A stretch of DNA of 64,000 nucleotides from a virus. Taxonomy: Duplodnaviria > Caudoviricetes. A program made the translations under genes and the position numbers. Of the stretch, positions 8,159 to 18,399 are shown in pieces; within the stretch, counting starts at the first letter, position 1; the number at the start of each line of letters is the position of its first letter. Below the pieces are notes generated by a model. It had not been told where the DNA came from and did not search any database. It saw only the letters and a program-made list of their open reading frames with translations. Where the stretch lies: the IMG/VR virus record IMGVR_UViG_3300009183_000045. One strand, 5' to 3'.

Positions 8159-8590
8159 TTAGGGGATTATTGGATTTTGTCCGGCAGACGGTGAACTCGG
8201 AGAGGCTCCTGTGGGATTGGAACCAGTTGAATCCGGTACTTGGGCCTGAGCTTGGGACGGTGTCGTGGTTGTAGAAGTGGACGGTTTTGAAGATTTGCCT
8301 GCTTGATACGCATCAAATGCCGCTTTAACATCCGGACTTTGAGTCGCGGTAGAAATAGTCTGGCTGTTAATTTGAGGATTTGTTTGAGAATTTTTGGCAA
8401 ATGTATTATAAACATCCGCTATTCTCTTTTGATCATCTGGGCTCAACTGCAAAAAATTTTGTATAGGAAGATGTACATTGTCAGGTGAAGAGGCAGATGT
8501 ATCATCTTCATTCATTTGAAGCATGGCTGTGTTGAATACGTTATCAAAGGATTTCATAACGTTATTTAGTCTAAAATCCTCTTCAATCAC
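8159..8590 (-). CDS. hypothetical S/T/P/Q-rich protein
   Basis: 143-aa ORF with GTG start, divergent from the sheath gene. Confidence 0.6.
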   Translation of the reverse strand: MIEEDFRLNNVMKSFDNVFNTAMLQMNEDDTSASSPDNVHLPIQNFLQLSPDDQKRIADVYNTFAKNSQTNPQINSQTISTATQSPDVKAAFDAYQAGKSSKPSTSTTTTPSQAQAQVPDSTGSNPTGASPSSPSAGQNPIIP

Positions 8591-8629
8591 GATAGGGTCC
8601 CTGAATTAGGATAAATATTTTATAATTTT

Positions 8630-11107
8630 ATGTCAACAAGAACTATAACTTCACCAGGTGTACAGATTACAGAGATAGATCAGTCTCAAATTGCGCGCAA
8701 TTCAGCCGGAACAAATGTGTTTATGACCGGTTTTGCTTCTCAAGGCCCTACCGATGAGGTGGTTTACATTGGCAGCGTTTCTGAATTTGAATCCACTTTC
8801 GGCACACCTACAAATGAAGCGGAAAGATATTTGTACCATTCTGCCAGACAAGTTTTGGTTCAGTCTCCTGCCAATTTAAAGGTGACAAGAATGGCATATG
8901 GGTCAGGATCGGGAATAGGTTTTGGTAATTCTTACAGTGCTTTAGTGTTTCCTGTGAAGGGATATATTCAATCTGTTGCAAATCAATTGAGTTCAAATGT
9001 TATTAATTTTACTAATGACTCTTGGGGTGGAAGGAATGGATCTACCCCTGAACTAGCATTAAATGCATTTACACTAGACAGTATTGTATATGGTACTAGT
9101 GCTTATCATTATCAAACATTCTTTACAGATACTACAGGAAATTATAGACTTTCTATAACTGGAGCTACTAGTGCTTATACATTAACAATTAACAACAGTG
9201 CAGTTTTAAGCACTTATATTAATAATCTTCCTTCCAATTATAAGGATGCAAATTATTATGAAATTCAGCCGCCACAATCTGTGTTGTTAACTGAATCTGA
9301 ATATCAGGATGTTATATCTAATAACATTTCTTGGGATGCAAGTTATTCAGAACAAGATATAAACAGCAGTTCTAAATTAGGCCACAGTGGTATAATTGTA
9401 TTAAACCCCACAAAGGTTGCAGTGGATAATATACATCAAGGTTATTATATAGGATTTGCTGATAACAGGGATAATAATCCAGGATCAGATTTCAAGAGTG
9501 TAACCGGGGTTAAAGCTGTTGACCAAGTTTACAATAATCAATATCAAACTTTTACAAACATACCCACCAATCGTTTAAATTTTGCTTTGAGTGGTTCACA
9601 TTTAAATGTTTCTAATAGCATATCCCGCACGATGGAACAATATCCAACTGGATACGACTTTTCGTCTTCAACTTATAATGATTGCTTAACTTTGATGACA
9701 TTTAAGTTAAGAACTTCTATATATGCTCAAGACACAGTTACTTTGGATTACAGAGTCCAAGAAGGTTATACAGGTTCTTTATATAACAACAAAACCCAAA
9801 ATAATCCTAACGGAGGGGCCCCCGTTACTTTTGCATTAGAAAAAGTAGCTGCACAGAATTCAAGATCCTCTGATATGAAGGTTATAGTAAACCCGATTAT
9901 TTCTAGTACAGGAGATTGGATTTCTTCCGATGGTAAAACTCCTAAAAAATCAGTGAGGGTAAGTGATGCTGCCAGAAACATTTATTCTTTGGGTGTTTAT
10001 GTGTCTCAAACTGATACTACCAGTTGTGATATTGGAAATGTTCCTCTAAAACTTCAGAGAATTTTAAACAGACTGGATGACATGGATGAAGAAATAGATC
10101 TTATTCCTGAAGCTGGTTTAGGTACAATATGGGCAGGAGCTGCTGCTAAAAAGGCGTCTGTCTCTCCTGGCAATACTTCAGACGGTGGTTACTTTTTTGA
10201 TGAAAAGTATCCCATTTCTTCTGCTCTTATGGCAGAATTAAAAAATCAAACAGGCGGCAATGAAAGTATATTAAAGCAGAATTATGATTCAATAGTCCAG
10301 CAATTTTATACTTTTGCGGAAAAGACTCGTATGGATCATATGTTCATACCAGATCCTTTGCGTTATATTTTTGTCAATGGTCCTGATTTTAAAACCACCA
10401 AAATATCCACTTACAATTTTTCATTAGACATTTATTGGCCGTTGAAAAATCTTTTCGGAGATATTTCTTCTAGTTACGGAGCAACTTACGGCAACTGGAT
10501 CAAATTTAATGATGTTTATTCCAATCAAATGGTTTGGCTTCCAAACTCTGGTTACGTGGCTGCAGATATAGCATTTTCTTCTGCGGTTAATTTTCCGTGG
10601 TCAGCCCCTGCTGGTTTTAATAGAGGTGTATTAACCAATATTGTTGATATTGCAATTAATCCTACTCAAAAGCAAAGAGATCTATTATATAGAATTAATA
10701 TAAACCCAATTGCATATTTCCCAGGTGAAGGTTATGTTATCTACGGGCAAAAAACCTTAATGAATAAGCCATCTGCCTTTGATAGAATTAATGTTCGCAG
10801 ACTTTTCTTGACTCTTGAAAAGGTCACTAAAAATTTATTAAAATACTATGTGTTCGAACCCAACACCTTCGCCACCAGATCTAGATTAATAAATGCTTTA
10901 TCACCAACTTTTAATCAAGCAAAGGCGAATGATGGTTTATACGATTATAGAATTATTTGCGACGAAAGAAATAACACTCCAGATGTTATAGATAATAATG
11001 AATTGAAGATTTCCATTTATATACAAGCAGTGCGCACAGCTGAGTACATTTTAGCAGACTTTGTAGGCACTCGTACCGGGATAAACTTCAATGAACTAAC
11101 GTCCTAG
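8630..11107 (+). CDS. gp18: contractile tail sheath protein
   Basis: SPGVQITEIDQS N-terminus, GF...GP, PW.APAGFNRG, QRDLLY...INPI..FPGEG.VIYGQKT, SAFDRINVRRLFL and FEPN...TR. Confidence 0.95.
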   Translation: MSTRTITSPGVQITEIDQSQIARNSAGTNVFMTGFASQGPTDEVVYIGSVSEFESTFGTPTNEAERYLYHSARQVLVQSPANLKVTRMAYGSGSGIGFGNSYSALVFPVKGYIQSVANQLSSNVINFTNDSWGGRNGSTPELALNAFTLDSIVYGTSAYHYQTFFTDTTGNYRLSITGATSAYTLTINNSAVLSTYINNLPSNYKDANYYEIQPPQSVLLTESEYQDVISNNISWDASYSEQDINSSSKLGHSGIIVLNPTKVAVDNIHQGYYIGFADNRDNNPGSDFKSVTGVKAVDQVYNNQYQTFTNIPTNRLNFALSGSHLNVSNSISRTMEQYPTGYDFSSSTYNDCLTLMTFKLRTSIYAQDTVTLDYRVQEGYTGSLYNNKTQNNPNGGAPVTFALEKVAAQNSRSSDMKVIVNPIISSTGDWISSDGKTPKKSVRVSDAARNIYSLGVYVSQTDTTSCDIGNVPLKLQRILNRLDDMDEEIDLIPEAGLGTIWAGAAAKKASVSPGNTSDGGYFFDEKYPISSALMAELKNQTGGNESILKQNYDSIVQQFYTFAEKTRMDHMFIPDPLRYIFVNGPDFKTTKISTYNFSLDIYWPLKNLFGDISSSYGATYGNWIKFNDVYSNQMVWLPNSGYVAADIAFSSAVNFPWSAPAGFNRGVLTNIVDIAINPTQKQRDLLYRININPIAYFPGEGYVIYGQKTLMNKPSAFDRINVRRLFLTLEKVTKNLLKYYVFEPNTFATRSRLINALSPTFNQAKANDGLYDYRIICDERNNTPDVIDNNELKISIYIQAVRTAEYILADFVGTRTGINFNELTS

Positions 11108-11124
11108 TTGATAAGTATTGATAT

Positions 11125-11661
11125 ATGGCTGATATATTCTCAAATCAAAGTATACAAAATTTTTATCAAACTGCTTATAAAAAGGATTTTGCTAGGAAAA
11201 ATTTATTTAGAGTGATTTCTATAGAGACCGGCATTAATGGCCTTTCTTTTGATAACACTGATTTGGTTTATGTCACATCCACATCTTTACCTCAGAGGGC
11301 TATTACTAATATTAAATTGCCTTATATGGGAATGAGTTTTAATCTTCCAAGCACCGCCAGTTATCCTGGAAGTGATGCTTGGAAGATTAAATTCAGGATG
11401 CCACAAGATCTTTCCATAAGAGCTAAGTTAGAAGCGTGGACTAGAGTTATATTTAATGATGCCACGACTACAGGTTCCTATGAGTTAAAAAACTTGGGCA
11501 CTGTAATGCTTTCTTTGATGAGCAAAGGAGGACAACCTATTCGTAATTACAAATTAGTAGGTGCCTATTGTGTGTCCTTAGGAGACTATGCCTTAGATGT
11601 TGCTGATACTGGCTCTGTGGTGGAACAAGAAGCTACTCTTGCCTATCAATATTGGGAGTAA
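11125..11661 (+). CDS. gp19: tail tube protein
   Basis: Follows the sheath. FAR..LFRV, TSLP.R.I..I.LPYMG, final TLAYQYW. Confidence 0.85.
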   Translation: MADIFSNQSIQNFYQTAYKKDFARKNLFRVISIETGINGLSFDNTDLVYVTSTSLPQRAITNIKLPYMGMSFNLPSTASYPGSDAWKIKFRMPQDLSIRAKLEAWTRVIFNDATTTGSYELKNLGTVMLSLMSKGGQPIRNYKLVGAYCVSLGDYALDVADTGSVVEQEATLAYQYWE

Positions 11662-11687
11662 TTGAAATGCTTTAATAAGTATTTTCA

Positions 11688-12506
11688 ATGTCATTTCTAT
11701 CTAAAGCCTTTCAGCCTGTTAATCCTCTTAATAGTGGATTTGTTTCTAGGGCCGGTGGATCAGCAAATCCATTGACTCAGATGTTTAGTTTAAACAGTGA
11801 TGTATTAAACAAAGCACCTAGTCCATATTCCTTTTATTTAGACATATTGAGCCAGTGGCCTACTGCACCGGCTTTGGCTTCAATGTGGCTGGTTGTAATA
11901 AACCTGAGAAGTGTTTCTGCTCTGATGAATAATCCGGCGGCACTGGTTAGTCTCTTTGATTCAGGAGATTTTCAACCTTGGGAAATTTCTCAGGGCACGG
12001 TTGACGATTTAACAAAACCAGAATATCAACAAACTATAGAAAATCTTATGGGGTGTGTTTTTGCTCAGGAGGTTTCAATTCCAGGAGAAACTATAACAGC
12101 TACTCAAGAAAATTTAAATTGGGGAGGGTTACAAACTCCTTATATTATTAAAGGCAGAAACTCTTTTGACAAAATTAAAATGTCTTTTTTAGAAACTAAT
12201 GCCTCTTTTGCAGATTTAGTTATTCGACCTTGGATAGTATTGGCCAGCCATCTTGGATTAATTGCTCGGTCGCCTGGTTCACCAAAAAATGTAAAGTGTG
12301 ATTTCATGGATGTAATACAATTTGCAAAAACTGGTCCGTATTCCTCTGTTGCCATACGCAAGATTGTAAGATATTATGATGTGGTTCCTGTAACTCTGGA
12401 CTCATTAACTTTATCTCATTTAGAAGAGGGTTTAAAAAGAAGGAACGTTTCTTTTATATATAACGGTTATTCAGTCATGGAAGCCGGTACTGCAAATATG
12501 ATGTAG
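11688..12506 (+). CDS. tail-tube-like protein (gp54/gp19 paralog)
   Basis: FAQEVSIPGE, FLETN and final FIYNGY resemble the tube fold; sits after gp19. Confidence 0.55.
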   Translation: MSFLSKAFQPVNPLNSGFVSRAGGSANPLTQMFSLNSDVLNKAPSPYSFYLDILSQWPTAPALASMWLVVINLRSVSALMNNPAALVSLFDSGDFQPWEISQGTVDDLTKPEYQQTIENLMGCVFAQEVSIPGETITATQENLNWGGLQTPYIIKGRNSFDKIKMSFLETNASFADLVIRPWIVLASHLGLIARSPGSPKNVKCDFMDVIQFAKTGPYSSVAIRKIVRYYDVVPVTLDSLTLSHLEEGLKRRNVSFIYNGYSVMEAGTANMM

Positions 12507-12522
12507 ACCTGTAATTATATAA

Positions 12523-13449
12523 ATGGAATTATATTTGTATAGTGTAGAAATGCCTTTCTCTGGCGTTAAGCTTTTTTACAGAGAAATGTCTTCTAAAGAA
12601 CAAATATATGTCTCAAAGGCACATACCATGTTACCTTTAGACCCAGAATATACTGAAGACTATGGTCGAGCGTTACAGAAAGTTGTATTACAATGTGTAG
12701 AAAATAAAGAAGATTTTTACAAACTTAATATAATAGAATATATTTTATTTTTATGCAAGTTGCGTATTGTGTCTATAGGTGAAGAAATTGAATTACAATT
12801 TCAAAACCCAGTAGAAGAAGAAACTGATCAAAAAAAGATAAAGTTGACTTTAAACCTGTCAACTTTAATGAGAAATTTATACAACACAACAAAAGATATA
12901 TTAACAACTGAAGAATTGCAAATAGATCAGTTAAACATCAAGTTTGAATGGCCTTTAATAAATTCTGAACATTTTTTTTTAAAACCTAACAAAGACCTAT
13001 TAATAGATTCAGTGGCTTTATATATAAAAAGTTTTACTTTAAATGATAAAACTTTCCATATGAAAGATTTTAATACTTCTCAAAAATTAGAAATGTTTGA
13101 GAAATTTCCTATAAAATATCAAAGCAAAATACAAGATATTGTTTTTAATTATATTAAATTATTTTCAGAATCTAATATATTCACGGATCATTTAGCAGAT
13201 TATTTAAATTTTAATTTTTATAACTCATCATATCAAAGTATTTTGAGAATGTTTTTTACAGAAAATTTAAGGAATTTGTATCAACAATACTACATATTGG
13301 CCTCGAGGAAAATATCACCCTCTTATACAGACTCCATGACAATTGCAGAAAGGTCTATATATTATTCTTTTATAGAAAGTGAATCAGAACAACAAAATTC
13401 AGAAGAAGGAGAATGGTCTGAAGAAATGAATATTGATCCAACTGCCTAG
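12523..13449 (+). CDS. baseplate hub assembly protein (gp26-like)
   Basis: Y..EMPFSG.KL.YREM..KEQ and LCKLRIVSIGE.IEL resemble gp26. Confidence 0.6.
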   Translation: MELYLYSVEMPFSGVKLFYREMSSKEQIYVSKAHTMLPLDPEYTEDYGRALQKVVLQCVENKEDFYKLNIIEYILFLCKLRIVSIGEEIELQFQNPVEEETDQKKIKLTLNLSTLMRNLYNTTKDILTTEELQIDQLNIKFEWPLINSEHFFLKPNKDLLIDSVALYIKSFTLNDKTFHMKDFNTSQKLEMFEKFPIKYQSKIQDIVFNYIKLFSESNIFTDHLADYLNFNFYNSSYQSILRMFFTENLRNLYQQYYILASRKISPSYTDSMTIAERSIYYSFIESESEQQNSEEGEWSEEMNIDPTA

Positions 13450-13486
13450 AGAATAAAGTGATATAATCTCTAATTATTATTAATAT

Positions 13487-14296
13487 ATGTCTGAAAATTT
13501 AAATTTCAACGATGCTTTAAATACTTTAGAGGTTTTCAAAGAATTGTGTGTAGCTAAAGCGTGGTCACCTACTTTAGGTAAAAACATTCTTATTAAAGAA
13601 CTATCTGCTAAGCAGCAAAAGCAATTATTATCTTCGGCGGTAGAGTCCGCTTCTGAATATAAATCATATTTTATTAAAAATTTATATGAAATTTTATTAC
13701 AGAATTGCAATGAACCCAAAGAAACTATAAATTCTTTAAATTTTATTGATTATACATCTATTGTTATTTCTCTTCGCAAACAAACTTCTAAAGAAGTTTT
13801 AATATCCTTCAGTAAGGAAGATGATAAAAGGGTAGAAGAGGTAATAGATTTAGATGGGGTACTGGACAAACTTTCGGCTCTTGTAATTCCAATCCCAGAA
13901 AACATCGCGGTAAAAAAGGATAATATTGAAATCAACATATCGTTAAAGATACCCACTATTACAGATGATGTTACATTCTTTGAATTTTTACCAGCAGTTA
14001 AAAAACAAGATACCCAAGCAGAAACCTTGAAGCAATTAATTGCGGAAACTTATATGTATGAATCTGCAAAGTGCATAGACAAGGTTGAAGTGGCGGGCAA
14101 AGACTTGGGATATAACACCCTTTCCGTTAAACAAAAATATGCTTTAGTTGAAAAATTACCAGCTTCTTTAATTCAAAAATTGTTATCTCAGTATGCCTCT
14201 TGGAAAGAATCTGTTAATAAAGCATTAACCGTAAAGAGTTCTAATGGAATTGAAAAACAATTAGATATTGATTCTATCTTATTTTTAACTTCTTAA
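13487..14296 (+). CDS. second gp26-like baseplate assembly protein
   Basis: SPTLGK.I..KELSAKQQKQLL and D...I...LRK; tandem paralog-like with the previous ORF. Confidence 0.5.
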   Translation: MSENLNFNDALNTLEVFKELCVAKAWSPTLGKNILIKELSAKQQKQLLSSAVESASEYKSYFIKNLYEILLQNCNEPKETINSLNFIDYTSIVISLRKQTSKEVLISFSKEDDKRVEEVIDLDGVLDKLSALVIPIPENIAVKKDNIEINISLKIPTITDDVTFFEFLPAVKKQDTQAETLKQLIAETYMYESAKCIDKVEVAGKDLGYNTLSVKQKYALVEKLPASLIQKLLSQYASWKESVNKALTVKSSNGIEKQLDIDSILFLTS

Positions 14297-14323
14297 TCCT
14301 GCTATAGAATCTAAGTATTCTAT

Positions 14324-15967
14324 ATGGCACTATTTGACACCACAGAAGAAGTAAATCAACATTATATTGATTTTATGAACTCTCAAAAAGTGTCCATAGA
14401 AGAATTAAAAGCAATAAAAATGAGTTTATTTGAGCTCACTAAAGGTATACATACTACTCTTTTAGGGGCTACTAAAGAAAATACATCTACTCTTAAAGCT
14501 TTATACGATCACTTAAATCCTCCAGGAGCCGAGGCTCGGAGTTATAGTTCCTTAAAGGCAGGAGGGGACAGAGAAGGAGATAATGAAACTCTAAAATTTT
14601 TAAAAGACTTTATGTCTAAAATACCATTGCCGGGTCAAGGTGGCGGAAATGTAAAGACTTTATTAGATGAAATAGGAAGTTTAATAGTAACCGGTTTGTT
14701 GGCATTAGTGGCTCTGCCTTTTATGGGGCCCATTATAAAATGGTTTGATGATAATTTTGGAACCAACATTAAAGCTAGTTTTGATAAAATAATTCGTCCC
14801 TTTGAAGGTTATATTACTAGAGCACATGAAGCCGTGGTTACACTTACAACTTGGTTGCACAAAACTATAGATTGGTTTAAATTGCTAATGAATGATCCGA
14901 AAGAGGCTTTGCTTCAGGCATGGGAAGGTCTTAAAAATTTAGGGCACACTATATATGAAAAATTAAAGCCTTTTATCAAAGTTGGCGAAGACGTTTTTAA
15001 CTCTATATACACCTATCTTAAAGATCAACTTAAGATATATTTTGATCAATTTTTAGATTTTCTCGGAGGTGCCACAAAAACTAATAATGTTTTTGAAAAT
15101 ACCTATAATAAAATATCGAGTTATTTCAATAGTTTCATTTCTTCTATAGAAAAGTGGTCAGACAATAATGGGTTTCATGATGTCTTTCAAACCATGAAAG
15201 GATATTTCACCACAGTGTTAAAAACGGGAGAGTCTTTTATGGAAGAATTAAAGCCTTTATATGCAGGTTCAAAGAATATATTTGCCACTACAATGCATTT
15301 ATTGGGCACTATATGGGATTCCGGGGTCATACAACAAAAAATTACTAATATAGTGGGTGATGTAACTGACGCGGTCAAAAAAAAGGCTGATAAGCTTTGG
15401 GATTCTTTATCTACTATTTTAGAAAATTTATTGCAAAATATAGGGGATCGAATATTGTTGTCTATTGCAGGAAACGGTAAAAAAAAGAATGAAAAGGGAG
15501 ACGAGTGGAATTGGTTTTCAGATGTTGATCCCTCGGAATGGATTCCCGGAGTTAAAGAGGCTCGAGAAAGGATGAAAGAAAAGGAAAACAAAGAACTCTT
15601 AGAACAAAAGAAAACTATTAATGACAAAAAATTAAGAGATGAAACCTATGATAATTCTGTCCAAAATTTAAAAAATAAATTAGGAATAGAGTCTCCTAAT
15701 TTCAAAAGAGTAATGGATGGGCTGTCTGAGGGTGCTGCTTCTACTGAGAAAAGTTTAAGAGCACAGGCTGATTATATATCTGGTGCCATATCCGAAGCCT
15801 TAAAGGAGTATCAGGAAGCTGATAAACAACCCATTATAATACAGCCACCTGCAAAAAATTCTTCTCCCGGCTCTATGACTCCTATACCCACAATGCAATC
15901 TAATGAAGTGGGTAGAATAAGGGGGCAATTTTATTCCACAAGACCTTCCTTTGGTGTACTTGGTTAA
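14324..15967 (+). CDS. probable tape-measure / gp29-like baseplate hub protein
   Basis: 547 aa, largely amphipathic helical with periodic W/F, positioned after the gp26-like genes. Positional inference. Confidence 0.5.
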   Translation: MALFDTTEEVNQHYIDFMNSQKVSIEELKAIKMSLFELTKGIHTTLLGATKENTSTLKALYDHLNPPGAEARSYSSLKAGGDREGDNETLKFLKDFMSKIPLPGQGGGNVKTLLDEIGSLIVTGLLALVALPFMGPIIKWFDDNFGTNIKASFDKIIRPFEGYITRAHEAVVTLTTWLHKTIDWFKLLMNDPKEALLQAWEGLKNLGHTIYEKLKPFIKVGEDVFNSIYTYLKDQLKIYFDQFLDFLGGATKTNNVFENTYNKISSYFNSFISSIEKWSDNNGFHDVFQTMKGYFTTVLKTGESFMEELKPLYAGSKNIFATTMHLLGTIWDSGVIQQKITNIVGDVTDAVKKKADKLWDSLSTILENLLQNIGDRILLSIAGNGKKKNEKGDEWNWFSDVDPSEWIPGVKEARERMKEKENKELLEQKKTINDKKLRDETYDNSVQNLKNKLGIESPNFKRVMDGLSEGAASTEKSLRAQADYISGAISEALKEYQEADKQPIIIQPPAKNSSPGSMTPIPTMQSNEVGRIRGQFYSTRPSFGVLG

Positions 15968-15977
15968 CCTATAATAT

Positions 15978-18035
15978 ATGTCTTTTAATTTTTTCTCCAT
16001 ACAGCAAACACCTAATAGATTTCTCAAGACAACTACGGCTTTTTATCCAACCGCGGTGCCTACCGGTGGGTCTGGTACTATAGATGTATACGGTGATTTT
16101 AGATGGAAAAACACTGGTTCCATAGATGAGGTGCCTCAAATATTGCTATCTGAGTTTAAATTAAATACTGGAGCCCGGACTGCTAATTTATTAGAATTGT
16201 GGGGTGAGATGACCTCCAATCTTTCTAAATCTAATACAAGTAGTGTGGGCAACTTTGCTTCGTCAGCTGGAGGGATAGCCAAAGAAGCATTGGCGCGAAC
16301 CGTTTTTGGAGACCCGTATGAGGGGTTATATAAGGGAGAACCTACAGGGTTCTATTACAACCTGCCCTATATAAAAAACGGTTCCATAAGAGGTGATGGC
16401 ATGAAAAATAATTGGGCCAATGATGAGACAATATTTGATATGTTAGGCAAGGCGTTTCCCGCTTTAAAGAGTGTGGGAAATGCTATGGGCTCACTTGCGG
16501 CTCAATTAAAAGATGAAGCTTGGGGTGCGGAAGATATAAAAAAATTTACAGGGTCAAATGCTAGAACAGTTACTATCCAATTTCCTTTATATAATACCTA
16601 TTCTATAAAAGAGGCTAATGATAATTTTAGTTTTATAAGTTTGTTTGGATTTCAAAATTTAAGAACTAGAACTTCTTATATGACTTTTTTGCCTCCAAAA
16701 GTTTACACTGTAGACACCTTAGACGAAGGGGGCATATATATGCCAATTGCAGTGGTAACTGATTTTAAAGTGGAAAATATGGGCACTTTAAGGAGAATGA
16801 CTGATTTTGGCACTAGCATATCCGGACCGTCTGCCACTGGATATCGTTTGGTGCCGGAGGCTTATAAAGTAACTATAACCCTGACAGAACTTATACCAGA
16901 AACTACTAACATTATGCAAGGGGCTCTCGGCCACGGCAAAGTGCAGGTTATTAATAATTCTCTTGGAAGCAATATGGGTAATGTTGATTTGAATAACATA
17001 TCCTCAAGTGGGCTGTTTGATTTCTTAGACGGAAGCTCCGCTGGAACTCTCGGTGCCTCCACAGCAGACAATCTTTCACCTACTCAAGAATTTAATCAGA
17101 ATAATTCATGGAGTACTTCCGATTCCTTAACCTCTCCAGAAGTGCTATCAAGCACTGGTATGACAGATTTGGATAAAATAAAATTGGTGGAATATCAACA
17201 AGAGATCCAACAAGAAAAAACATTTGCAGATATGCAATTGAACAGCACGCCAATGTCTGAGGAACAAACTGCTGCAGTTGAGGCATATAGACCATCTCCA
17301 GTGGAACAATTACCGGGGATGAAAACTTCCTATCAATTGCCCGGCATGGAGATACCAGAAGTGGTATCTCCGGTGTATGAAAGAGAATTAATACCTGGTA
17401 TGGATTTCAATGCCCCCGAGGAATCTAATGTAAAACCTGAATTGACTGTCCCTGTTATAGAGGAGAGAGCACCTCAATATACACCGGAGGCACCTATAGA
17501 AGAAAATCGAATACAAATAAACACACCGGTAACTCTTCAAGATTCATCTCTTGAAGAATATACTGCCCCCCAAACTAAAGAATTTCTAGGAGGCGGTTTA
17601 AATGTTGATTATGAGTCTTCTTCACTCTCTTTTCAACCACCAGCTTTAATTACAAATACTGATACCACAAAACCTAGCATAGTATTAGACACTCAAAAAT
17701 CATTTAGTACAGTTGCTGGTGACGTAACAATACCTAGAGGTGAATTAGACATGGAAGCCTTTAATCTGGCAGTGAGAATGAGATCTGAGAGCGGTAAGAA
17801 TGTAACCTTTTTGCCAGATAACAACGGTGGTTACACGGTGGTTTCTGTGGATAAAAATGGAGTTGCCACGCCTTTTAATGTTTTAGATGCATTGCCAAGC
17901 GGGCAAACTGTGGGAGAATTAATAAATTTGGCGCCGACCAAAAAAGACGCCGTGATAATAAAAAAAGAATTATTGGCTGGAAGACCTCAATATGCAGGAA
18001 ACCAAGGCAATCAACCCTCACCAACTTCTTTATAA
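15978..18035 (+). CDS. baseplate/tail-tube junction protein (gp48-like) with long C-terminal extension
   Basis: TVTIQFPLYNT, PPKVYTV, IAVVTDFKVE and YKVTITLTEL match a tube-cap fold in the first ~310 aa; the rest is low-complexity. Confidence 0.45.
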   Translation: MSFNFFSIQQTPNRFLKTTTAFYPTAVPTGGSGTIDVYGDFRWKNTGSIDEVPQILLSEFKLNTGARTANLLELWGEMTSNLSKSNTSSVGNFASSAGGIAKEALARTVFGDPYEGLYKGEPTGFYYNLPYIKNGSIRGDGMKNNWANDETIFDMLGKAFPALKSVGNAMGSLAAQLKDEAWGAEDIKKFTGSNARTVTIQFPLYNTYSIKEANDNFSFISLFGFQNLRTRTSYMTFLPPKVYTVDTLDEGGIYMPIAVVTDFKVENMGTLRRMTDFGTSISGPSATGYRLVPEAYKVTITLTELIPETTNIMQGALGHGKVQVINNSLGSNMGNVDLNNISSSGLFDFLDGSSAGTLGASTADNLSPTQEFNQNNSWSTSDSLTSPEVLSSTGMTDLDKIKLVEYQQEIQQEKTFADMQLNSTPMSEEQTAAVEAYRPSPVEQLPGMKTSYQLPGMEIPEVVSPVYERELIPGMDFNAPEESNVKPELTVPVIEERAPQYTPEAPIEENRIQINTPVTLQDSSLEEYTAPQTKEFLGGGLNVDYESSSLSFQPPALITNTDTTKPSIVLDTQKSFSTVAGDVTIPRGELDMEAFNLAVRMRSESGKNVTFLPDNNGGYTVVSVDKNGVATPFNVLDALPSGQTVGELINLAPTKKDAVIIKKELLAGRPQYAGNQGNQPSPTSL

Positions 18036-18038
18036 TAT

Positions 18039-18398
18039 ATGAAACAATCAGACTTTTCAGAATTACCCGTTTTGTCTTCTTATAGATATGAAAACTTTTT
18101 CAACATTTATACTGATCCAACTAACAATGAAAAATACTACAATCTGCTAAGGTCTATAAATGTTTTTCCTGCTAATAGCCAGTTAGTAGAAGAGGATTAT
18201 ATTATAAAACATCATGACACTTGGTATGGTATTGCTTATAATTATTATAACACTGCAGATTTGTGGTGGCTAATTTGTACCTATAATCAAATTTTAGATG
18301 CCTCTAAATTACCAGAGCAGGGCACTTCTATAAAATTATTAAAACCACAATATGTGGGTTATATCTTACAAGAATTGACTCAGCAAGTAAATAGATAA
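18039..18398 (+). CDS. gp53: baseplate wedge LysM-domain protein (gp53-like)
   Basis: YENFFNIY, Y.IK..DTW..IAYNYY.T.DLWWLI..YNQI.D..P..GT.IK. Confidence 0.7.
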   Translation: MKQSDFSELPVLSSYRYENFFNIYTDPTNNEKYYNLLRSINVFPANSQLVEEDYIIKHHDTWYGIAYNYYNTADLWWLICTYNQILDASKLPEQGTSIKLLKPQYVGYILQELTQQVNR

Positions 18399-18399
18399 T

